A DNA stretch of 40,000 nucleotides. Source: an uncultured Chloroflexia bacterium (GTDB lineage Bacteria > Chloroflexota > Anaerolineae > Anaerolineales > UBA11858). The stretch is taken from the NCBI GenBank assembly GCA_963716695.1, contig CAVQTT010000024.1:311562-351561 (forward strand). The letters are read 5' to 3'. How positions within the stretch are numbered: the first letter of the stretch is position 1; each line of letters opens with the position of its first letter. This document shows positions 17,053 to 24,855 of this stretch, in pieces. The notes under the pieces are model-generated. The model saw only the letters and a program-made list of their open reading frames with translations, searched no databases and had not been told where the DNA came from. The position numbers and the translations under genes were made by a program.

Positions 17053-18030
17053 ATGAATGAACCGAAACTTTTGGATCAGGTCAGATCTGTGATCAGGCGC
17101 TTGAATTATTCCTACGCCACTGAAAAAGCCTATACTTCTTGGATCAAACGTTTTATCCTTTTCCACGACAAACGCCATCCCCGCCAAATGGGCGAGGTCG
17201 AGATCGAATCCTTCTTAACCTACCTGGCTGTACATCGGCAGGTAGCCCCCTCGACCCAGAACCAGGCTTTGGCTGCCCTGCAGTTCCTGTATCAGAAGGT
17301 GCTCCATCTTCCATTGGACGAGGGGATCCTGCCAGTGCCGGCCAAACGGTCCAAACATCTGCCTGTGGTGCTCAGTAGATCAGAAGTCAAGTTGGTGCTG
17401 GGCCAGCTTTCGGGAACCTACCGCCTGGTCTGCCAGCTGCTCTACGGCTGCGGACTGCGGGTGACAGAATGCCTCACCCTGCGGATCCAGGACCTGGATC
17501 TGGATCGCTCCGAGATCACCGTTCGCAGCGGCAAGGGCAACAAGGATCGCCGGACGATGCTTCCCGGAACCGTTCAGGATGCCCTGGTTCGTCATCTTGA
17601 ATATGTAAAGGCAGCCCATGAGAAAGCCTTGGCTGAGGGGTACGGGGGCGTGGAGCTGCCGTACGGTTTGGCCCGGAAATACACCGCTGCTGCTGGTGAA
17701 TGGATCTGGCAGTATGTCTTCCCTGCCCACCTGCCTTCCCATGACCCTCGCTCCGGGGTCTTCCGTCGGCATCATCTTCACCCCAGCGGCCTGCGCCGTG
17801 CTGTTCGCTCGGCTGCCCAGAAAGCCGGGATCCAAAAACATGTCACACCGCATATCTTCCGCCACAGCTTTGCCACCCACTTGCTGGAAAGCGGCTATGA
17901 CATCCGCACTGTCCAGGAGCTATTGGGGCATGCCGATCTCAAAACCACCATGATCTACACCCACGTGCTCAACAAAGGCGGCCAAGGCGTGAAAAGCCCG
18001 CTGGATGAGCTTCGGGATAGCAGTATCTGA
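17053..18030 (+). CDS. intI: Integron integrase IntI (tyrosine recombinase)
   Basis: 325 aa. The catalytic residues sit in [10 protein letters not shown] (Arg), [12 protein letters not shown] (His-x-x-Arg), LLGH and MIYTHV (Tyr). The IntI-specific insertion reads [25 protein letters not shown], matching the ALxRKYPxAxxxWxWQWVFP-type additional domain absent from XerC/D. Confidence 0.95.
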   Translation: MNEPKLLDQVRSVIRRLNYSYATEKAYTSWIKRFILFHDKRHPRQMGEVEIESFLTYLAVHRQVAPSTQNQALAALQFLYQKVLHLPLDEGILPVPAKRSKHLPVVLSRSEVKLVLGQLSGTYRLVCQLLYGCGLRVTECLTLRIQDLDLDRSEITVRSGKGNKDRRTMLPGTVQDALVRHLEYVKAAHEKALAEGYGGVELPYGLARKYTAAAGEWIWQYVFPAHLPSHDPRSGVFRRHHLHPSGLRRAVRSAAQKAGIQKHVTPHIFRHSFATHLLESGYDIRTVQELLGHADLKTTMIYTHVLNKGGQGVKSPLDELRDSSI

Positions 18031-18261
18031 TTACAGGATGCAGTTTACGCCAATGAGATGTCCCGCATGGATTGCAATCCAGCTTGGGATCAGGTCCAGG
18101 ATTTGTTCAGATTGGATCTGTTCAAAAATGAATGGGTACCTTTCTAGAATAGTACTGTGAATGGTCGGCTCATCCGCGCAGCAATCACCGATGACTGCAG
18201 ATAAAAACCCCAATTGAGTCGCTGAGGAGGCTGTGAAGAATACACATATTGAGGTGACCAA
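18031..18261 (-). CDS. Hypothetical small protein (possible membrane-anchored fragment), uncertain
   Basis: 76 aa from a TTG start. The frame is open all the way back to the TAA of the upstream redoxin gene. Its stop codon abuts the intI stop codon with 0 nt spacing. Confidence 0.3.
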   Translation of the reverse strand: MVTSICVFFTASSATQLGFLSAVIGDCCADEPTIHSTILERYPFIFEQIQSEQILDLIPSWIAIHAGHLIGVNCIL

Positions 18262-18351
18262 ACCTGCGACCAGCAGGAATCTTTTCTTCTGATTCTGAAG
18301 ATAAGAGATCAGGGAAGGATTATGGAATCCATCAAGGGTTTGATTTCGTGA

Positions 18352-19140
18352 TTATGATTCTTTTGGATTGCCCAATCTAATCGATTGAAGGCTGGCAATG
18401 ATATCCGCGGGGAGGGCTCGGTCATCCACCCTGGTGGATCTATAGATATAAACAATCTTCCCGGAAGTGTCAATTACCAGGGCCGTTGGCATGGCGATAT
18501 CCTGGTGTTTGGCGCCAAACAGGATGCGGTCATACCAGGGTGCGCCGCGTTGATCCCGGGAGCCGATCTCATCCAGTACTGATTCTGATAAGCCCCCCAG
18601 GATTGTGATCTTATCGCCGATATGCCCCTGGAGTGGAGCCGCTTCCGATGGTTCATCCACTGAGGCGGCAAAGATCGTCAATCCTGCTTCATTGAGGTTT
18701 TCATAATATTCTTTAATTTCGCCAAGCTGCGTTTTGCTCGATGGGCACCACCATCCCCGATAGAGTACCAGCAATGTCGGAGCAGCAGCAATCAAATCTT
18801 GTTCTGTAACCAGCTTGCCAGTGGTAGTTATGAGGTTTATCTGAGGGATACGATCTCCAACCTGCAGTTTGAGGTGTTTTGACCCGGTGAGCTTCAGCTC
18901 ATGCCTCGTTACAGGAAACCAGGCAGCCCCCAGCATGGTAGAGATTACAGACACTACGGTATTGCCGCCGAATGCCCAGCCCGTGAGCGTCACTGCAATT
19001 CCCAACAAGATAATGGCGTCGAAGATCCAGGTCCGGTATGTGAAACCATGAATTCCGAACAATAGAATTAGATAGGAAAAAAAGCCGCTCAGTACGATTA
19101 TTAAGCCAATGGTTGACACTATTCCCATCCTGATCTCCAA
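18352..19140 (-). CDS. Membrane-anchored thioredoxin-fold protein (AhpC/TSA-redoxin family)
   Basis: 262 aa. About 3 N-terminal TM helices are followed by LLVLYRGWWCPSSKTQL (a CxxS redox motif) and PTALVIDTSGKIVY. Confidence 0.8.
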   Translation of the reverse strand: MEIRMGIVSTIGLIIVLSGFFSYLILLFGIHGFTYRTWIFDAIILLGIAVTLTGWAFGGNTVVSVISTMLGAAWFPVTRHELKLTGSKHLKLQVGDRIPQINLITTTGKLVTEQDLIAAAPTLLVLYRGWWCPSSKTQLGEIKEYYENLNEAGLTIFAASVDEPSEAAPLQGHIGDKITILGGLSESVLDEIGSRDQRGAPWYDRILFGAKHQDIAMPTALVIDTSGKIVYIYRSTRVDDRALPADIIASLQSIRLGNPKES

Positions 19141-19267
19141 TGATCCTCTGGATCTATTAAACTTGAAACTGCCAACCGAGGCAGGTTATCTTTTACACTC
19201 GCCAGATCAGCTCAAGTGCGAGGATGAATAAACCCGTCAGAGTTTTGACTTTTCCCAGCCTTGATCC

Positions 19268-21076
19268 CTAATCCACCGTCAGGGTCTTGCTCAAATTCCT
19301 CGGGAAATCCGGATCGAACTCCCGGTCCAGGCTGCAGTTATAAGAAAGCAGCTGGAGGGGGATGGCGCTCAGCAGAGCCAGGACGGCTGGCCTGAGCTCC
19401 TCTGAGATCTCGATCTCGGGGATGATCAGGGTTTGCTGGGCGTTGGATTCCAGGCGGGAGTCCTCGAACCCGATGGCGATCACATGGCCGCCCCGGCAGG
19501 TTACTTCATTGATGCCGCTGATGATCAGCGGGATATCTTCGGGTCCGGCACTAAAGATCACCGGGTAGCCCTCATAGACGGCCGATAAGGGACCGTGTTT
19601 AAACTCGGTTGAAAGCATGCCCTCGCAGTGGGCGTAGGTGATCTCTTTGAATTTCAGGGCTCCTTCCAGGGCAACCGGGTAGGTCAGGCCGTATCCAAGG
19701 ATGTACAGGTCATCCCATCCGCTTAATTTTCCGACAATGGGGCTGATCTGTTTCCGGGCTGATTCCAGGGTCTGGTCCATAAAAGCCGGGATCTTGTGGA
19801 GTTCGGTTGTATCCCTGTCCCCGCAGCGCAGCGCCAGGTACAGCAGCGCCAAGACCTGGTTGCTGTAGGTTTTTGTGGCCGGCACGCTGATCTCGTATCC
19901 GCACACCAGCGGCAGATGGTAGTCGCTCACCAGGGTAAGCGTCGAGCCAACCACATTGACCAAGCCTAAAACACCCATGCCCCGTTTTTTGGCGGCTTCA
20001 ATGGCGTTGAGCACATCTTTGGTCTCTCCACTTTGGCTGATGAAGATCCCCAGGTCATCCGGCCCCACTGAGCTGCCATATTGGGCTGAGAATTGAGGCG
20101 CCAGGACCGGAATCGCGGCCCGTCCGGCAAATTGATTGAAATAGACTGAACCCAACATGCCTGCATGGTAGCTCGTTCCACAGGCTATCAGGTACACGTC
20201 CCGGGCTTTTTTGATCTTCTCCAGAAAAGGTGCCAGGTCCGGTGAGCTGTCCAGCATATTCAGCAGCTCCCCCGCCACCTGGCTCTGTTCGTGGATCTCC
20301 TTGAGCATAAAATGATCGTACCCGCCCTTCTGGGCAACTTCCATCGTGTCTTCGACCAGCTCGGGTGATCTCTCGATCTGAAGGCCATCTTCGACCCGGG
20401 TGATCTCATAGCCCCCGGCCCAGAAACTGATGATCTCACCGTCGGACAGGCGCAGGATATTGCGGGTGATGGGCAGGATAGAAGGCAGGTCAGATCCGAC
20501 GCAGACCAGGTCCTCGGTGATCCCGGCAACCAGGCCGGAGCCTTTTTTGATGGCATAGAGCCGGTTGTCCCCCACAGCGCCGATCACAAAAGAGTAGTCG
20601 CCCTCCAGGTCCCGGGTTGCCATGCGGATGGCAGTCACCATGTCGTGGCCCTGGTCATAATAGCGTTCCACGGCGTGAACGCAGCTTTCCCCGTCATTTT
20701 CGGACCGCACTACCATACCTTCAGCCGCAAATTCCTTCCGCAGTTCCACGTTATTAACCACATTCCCGTTATGGGCGCCTACCAGATCGCCGTCGGAATC
20801 CAGGTGGGGTTGGGAATTGATTTTTGAGGGCGCTCCAAAGGTTGCCCAGCGAAGCTGGAGGATGGCCCGGTCTCCGGTCATATCCTTAAAATTATATTTT
20901 TCGGCCACATCCTGCACTTTGCCTGCGTCTTTCCTCAGGTCAATTGCCCCTTCCTGGGGCAGTGTGGCCGCGCCAACGGTGTCATAACCCCGGTAAGACA
21001 AACGTTCACCGGCTCCAATCAAGATCGGACCCAGGTTTTGTGATGTTTTGGTAACGATTCCAAATATTCCACACAT
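19268..21076 (-). CDS. glmS: Glutamine--fructose-6-phosphate aminotransferase (isomerising)
   Basis: 602 aa. It has the N-terminal nucleophile MCGIFGIV, two SIS domains (ACGTSYHAG, SQSGETKD) and the C-terminal NLSKTLTVD. Confidence 0.95.
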   Translation of the reverse strand: MCGIFGIVTKTSQNLGPILIGAGERLSYRGYDTVGAATLPQEGAIDLRKDAGKVQDVAEKYNFKDMTGDRAILQLRWATFGAPSKINSQPHLDSDGDLVGAHNGNVVNNVELRKEFAAEGMVVRSENDGESCVHAVERYYDQGHDMVTAIRMATRDLEGDYSFVIGAVGDNRLYAIKKGSGLVAGITEDLVCVGSDLPSILPITRNILRLSDGEIISFWAGGYEITRVEDGLQIERSPELVEDTMEVAQKGGYDHFMLKEIHEQSQVAGELLNMLDSSPDLAPFLEKIKKARDVYLIACGTSYHAGMLGSVYFNQFAGRAAIPVLAPQFSAQYGSSVGPDDLGIFISQSGETKDVLNAIEAAKKRGMGVLGLVNVVGSTLTLVSDYHLPLVCGYEISVPATKTYSNQVLALLYLALRCGDRDTTELHKIPAFMDQTLESARKQISPIVGKLSGWDDLYILGYGLTYPVALEGALKFKEITYAHCEGMLSTEFKHGPLSAVYEGYPVIFSAGPEDIPLIISGINEVTCRGGHVIAIGFEDSRLESNAQQTLIIPEIEISEELRPAVLALLSAIPLQLLSYNCSLDREFDPDFPRNLSKTLTVD

Positions 21077-21300
21077 GGAGTGACCATCCTTGCTGATTTG
21101 AGGTGCTATTTCCGAGCCTTCATTCTACCATCCGGCTTCCCCCGCTGCAGCTGAAAAATGACCTATTTGAGATCCTGGAAATCTCAGATCCGGGCCTGTT
21201 TTTCTGAAATGACGATCCGGTTGGCAGGAGGCCGGGCTGTGTAAACTTCAATGATAAAATACAACTAATCTGACGCAGACCCAGTATGGAAGGATTGATT

Positions 21301-21621
21301 ATGGCCTCAAAGATCACCCCCGAAGATTTCCAGCGCCTGGCCGATCTGGCCTCATTAGACCTGCCAGAACATGAAGCCGAATATTTACGCCGCGAGCTGA
21401 ACAACCAGATGGTTTCCATCGAAGTCCTGGAATCCATCCCCATTGAGGCGGGAATTGACGCAGCAGCCCACGGCTTGCCCTACACGGAGGATAACAGCGC
21501 CCTTCCCCGGGAGGACCTGTCCCGCCAGGATCCCCATCGCCAGGAAATATTAGACCAGGCGCCTGAATTGGAAGATGGGTATATCGTCGTTCCAGACATT
21601 TCCCATCAGGAGCTGGACTAA
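21301..21621 (+). CDS. gatC: Asp/Glu-tRNA(Asn/Gln) amidotransferase subunit C
   Basis: MASKITPEDFQRLADLASLDLPEHEAEYLRRELNNQ is a typical GatC N-terminus. The gene sits immediately upstream of gatA. ATG 21301 is preferred over 21286. Confidence 0.85.
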   Translation: MASKITPEDFQRLADLASLDLPEHEAEYLRRELNNQMVSIEVLESIPIEAGIDAAAHGLPYTEDNSALPREDLSRQDPHRQEILDQAPELEDGYIVVPDISHQELD

Positions 21622-21624
21622 CTC

Positions 21625-23227
21625 ATGAATATCCCCGATCTTCCCGCATATGTGATCGCTGACCTGGTGCGTACCAAGCAGGTCTCCGCTGAAGAAGTCC
21701 TTGATAAAACCCTGGACCGGGTCCGGCAGGTAGATGGCCGGCCAGGTGAAGTGCACGCGCCGGAAGCAGAAACCGAACAGGATCTTAAAACCATCCATGC
21801 CTTCACCCTGGTCACCGAAGATTATGCCCGGGACCAGGCCAGGCAGGTTGACCGGCTCCTTGCTGAGGGGAAGAACCCCGGCCCCCTGGCCGGCGTGCCC
21901 TATACGGCCAAAGACATCTTCACTGTCAAAGGGATCCGCTCTACTGCCGGATCCAAGATCCTCTCCAACTATATTTCCCCCTATTCTGCAACCGTGGTGG
22001 AAAGAATGCAGGCTGCTGGGAGCAGTGCTGCTTGGCAAGGTCAATCTGGATGAATTCACCTACGGATCTTCCAGTGAATCATCCGCCTTTAAACCTGTCC
22101 CCCGCAACCCCTGGGATACCACCAGGGTAGTAGGGGGATCGTCAGGCGGCAGCGCAGCCGCGGTAGCCGCTGGTGAAGGTGCCATCTCGCTGGGAACAGA
22201 TACTGGCGGCTCTATCCGCCACCCGGCTTCCTTTTGCGGCACGGTAGGACTGAAACCCACCTACGGCCGGGTTTCACGCTATGGTTTGATCGCCTTCGGG
22301 TCCTCGCTCGACAGCCCGGGACCCCTGACCCGGACAGTGACCGACGCGGCCCTGACGCTTCAGGCCATCGCCGGCCAGGATCCCAGGGATGCGACCGCGG
22401 CGGTTGTGCCGGTGCCAGACTACCTCGAGGAAATGGAAAAGGATATCCGCGGCCTGCGGATCGGCCTCTCCGAGGAGTTCTTCCGGGTGACCTATTTCGA
22501 TGCCGAAACCGGGGAGTTGGTTGAGAACCCGATCGATCAGCAGATCAGGGACGCGATCTACAGTGTGGCCGGATACCTGGCCCAACTGGGAGCTGATATT
22601 GTGGAAAATGTTCCCCTCCCCCATACCAAATACGGTGTACCCACCTATTTTGTGATCTCAAGGGTGGAAGCATCATCCAACCTGCTCCGCTATGACGGGG
22701 TCAAATACGGCTACCGAACTGGCGAGAGCTTTGCAGACCTCCGGGAAATGTATCGGAAAACCCGCGGCGAGGGTTTTGGGGTTGAGCCAAAACTGCGCAT
22801 GTTAATGGGCATCTATCTCAGCGCCGCTCAATTTGATAAGGGTTATTATCAGCGGGCTCTGAAGGCCCGGGCTTTGATCCGGGATGATTTTGACAAAATA
22901 TTTGATTCCAGGGGCAAACACAAACTGGATGCCTTATTAACTCCAACGGCACCAACAACAGCTTTTCCAATCGGAAGTGTCTATGGGGATTCGGTGTTGA
23001 TGCAGTATTCCGACCAGCTGACAGCCACGACCAATCACGCTGGCATACCGGGATTGTCGATCCCGGTGGGATTCGATCAGGAACAACTGCCGATCGGCGC
23101 GCAGTTTCTGGGCCCGGATTACAGCGAAGGCAGGCTGCTGGGACTGGGAAGGGCCTTTGAAAAGCTCACGGAAAATGAGGATTGGCGGAAAAAACGCCCC
23201 CCTTTACTTGCTGAGCTCCCGGGGTGA
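21625..23227 (+). pseudogene. gatA: Glutamyl-tRNA(Gln) amidotransferase subunit A with an apparent +1 frameshift at GGG 22018-22020
   Basis: Frame 1 gives ...YSATVVERMQAAG and frame 2 continues AVLLGKVNLDEFTYGSSSE...GGSSGGSAAAVAAG (the amidase signature). Deleting one G restores a canonical 533-aa GatA. Confidence 0.85.
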
Positions 23228-23333
23228 AAAGCTGGCAGTCATGATCTGGACGATGCCTTCCTGGAGGTCTTTCGGAAAACCCCATATCTGGTCCCACCTG
23301 GTTTGACCCCGTTCTTTTTAATCCTCGATCCCT

Positions 23334-24083
23334 TTGATCGGTTATCTGGCTGTGCAAAAGGATGTTGATTTGAACCTGGATTGGATCGCTTTTGACGCGG
23401 ACGACACCCTCTGGAAGAATGAAGAAACCTACCTCGAGGGCAGGGAGATATTCCTAAAGATCCTCTCAAAATATGATGTTGCGGTTGAAAACCTGGACAA
23501 CCTTGATCAATTGGAAGTAAAAAATATCCAATATTATGGTTATGGCGTGATGAGTTTTATGTTCTCGCTGGTCGAACAGGCCATCCAGCTTACTGAGGAG
23601 AATATCCATCCTGGCGATATATTAAAATTGCTGGATCATGCTAAAAAAATGCTCACTGACGAGGTCGAGGTCTTTCCGGGAGTTCAAGATCTACTGGAGG
23701 ATATTGGAAAAGAGCATCGCCTGATGTTGATCACCAAAGGTGATCTGTTCCACCAGCAAAGGAAGATCAAATCCTCGGGGTTGGGAAAGTATTTCCAGGC
23801 TGTAGAGGTGGTGAGCGAAAAAAACACGGAGGTATATCTTGAAATCCTGGAGCGCTACCAGGTCCTGCCAGATCGATTTGTGATGATCGGAAATTCCTTG
23901 CGATCAGATGTCCTGCCAGTTCTGTCCCTGGGAGGTTGGGCGATCCATCTCAAGGGCCATTTGAGCTGGTCCCATGAAGATCATCTCCTGGATGATCATA
24001 ACCGGGACCGTTTTATTGAAGTTGCTGGCCTGTCCGCTCTTCCTGACGTTATCCGCAGGTTGGCAAGGGGTCAATCCATATGA
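23334..24083 (+). CDS. HAD-superfamily hydrolase
   Basis: HAD motifs I (IAFDADDTLW), II (ITKG) and IV (GNSLRSD) are present. The start is uncertain: TTG 23334, GTG 23352 or TTG 23370. Confidence 0.75.
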   Translation: MIGYLAVQKDVDLNLDWIAFDADDTLWKNEETYLEGREIFLKILSKYDVAVENLDNLDQLEVKNIQYYGYGVMSFMFSLVEQAIQLTEENIHPGDILKLLDHAKKMLTDEVEVFPGVQDLLEDIGKEHRLMLITKGDLFHQQRKIKSSGLGKYFQAVEVVSEKNTEVYLEILERYQVLPDRFVMIGNSLRSDVLPVLSLGGWAIHLKGHLSWSHEDHLLDDHNRDRFIEVAGLSALPDVIRRLARGQSI

Positions 24084-24096
24084 TTAGGAAGATCAG

Positions 24097-24764
24097 ATGA
24101 AGATCCTTGAAAAACAAACCTATCACCTGGTATTCCTTGGTTTGCTGCTCGCTGGAGTTTATGCTGCAGCAAAGGGGGAATTCCTGCTTGGGTCCTGGGG
24201 CGGCTTGAGGACTGCTGACTGGCTTTGGCTCTCAATCCTGGTTCCGAGTAGTCCATCAGGTCTATGTTTTGATCTGTTGGCGGGGGGAGCTCTATTACCA
24301 GCTGTTGAGCAAAACTCTGGGAGCCAAAGCATTTATGATCTGGACCGCAGGGTTTATGATCTTGTTTATTGCCCGCCTGGTAACGGTGATTGGCCTGGCC
24401 GCTGCTAACCGGGGCACGCTGCCAATCTCCTTTGGGATGGGTTTGCTGCTGGCAGGAATCTGCCTGGTCCCTAGCGATATACCTGTTCTATTCGGTCATC
24501 CAATATTTTGGCCTGAACCGGGCTCTGGGCCTGGATCATTTCCAACCCGAAATCTATCAGGGTCAACCGCTTGTCAAGCAGGGCATCTTCAGATGGACTT
24601 CCAATGCCATGTACACCTATGGCTTTCTGGTGCTGTGGATTCCTGGTTTGCTGTTCCACTCCCGGGCTGCTTTGCTGGCTGCCCTGTTTAATCATCTCTA
24701 TATCTGGGTCCATTTCCATTTCACTGAAGCGCCCGATATGCAATATATCTACGGCTCCAAATGA
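24097..24764 (+). pseudogene. PEMT/ICMT-like membrane methyltransferase interrupted by two +1 frameshifts
   Basis: Three overlapping frames join colinearly: ...WLWLSILV / VVHQVYVLICWRGELYY...GICLV / LAIYLFYSVIQYFGLN...LVKQGIFRWTSNAMYTYGF. The shifts are near 24239-24245 and at CCC 24469-24471. Confidence 0.7.
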
Positions 24765-24855
24765 TCGGCTCCAATCCTGCGTTCTGATTCGGGAACCTTT
24801 TTTAGCCTGCAACCGTCATGAGGGTGCTGGATTAAAATCACCGCAGGAGGAGAAT

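Larger units (their letters stand above)
1..18030. mobile_element. Chromosomal integron: intI, attI/promoter region and a minus-strand array of >=15 gene cassettes; array truncated by the left window edge
   Basis: An IntI-type tyrosine recombinase is transcribed divergently from a co-oriented array of mostly single-gene units (four carry two ORFs). 16 repeats of attC architecture (RYYYAAC ... GTTRRRY with imperfect inner inverted repeats) separate the ORFs. The cargo (TA pairs, small unknowns) is typical of cassettes. Confidence 0.92.

Noticed and set aside
17139-17953. ORFs 17139-17378 (+), 17380-17880 (-) and 17618-17953 (+) overlapping intI.
   Set aside because: These are alternative-frame or antisense ORFs inside a confidently identified GC-rich gene. 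Their Pro/Arg/Gly/Ser-rich low-complexity translations are typical of spurious frames.
19362-20827. Five short ORFs inside glmS (19362-19568, 19710-19904, 19966-20181, 20260-20556, 20645-20827).
   Set aside because: They are off-frame or antisense to an unambiguous 602-aa GlmS.
21077-21285. A possible glmS ribozyme in the 5' leader of glmS (minus strand).
   Set aside because: I could not find the reverse-complemented leader's conserved core elements as I remember them from the B. subtilis ribozyme (AGCGCC.GAACU..., GACGAGGA, GGCGGAUGCC). A covariance-model search (Rfam RF00234) would be decisive.
21120-22624. Minus-strand ORFs 21120-21443, 21550-22059, 21618-21815, 22060-22260 and 22274-22624, and plus-strand ORF 22234-22524.
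   Set aside because: All overlap gatC or gatA in antisense or alternative frames, with no motif content.
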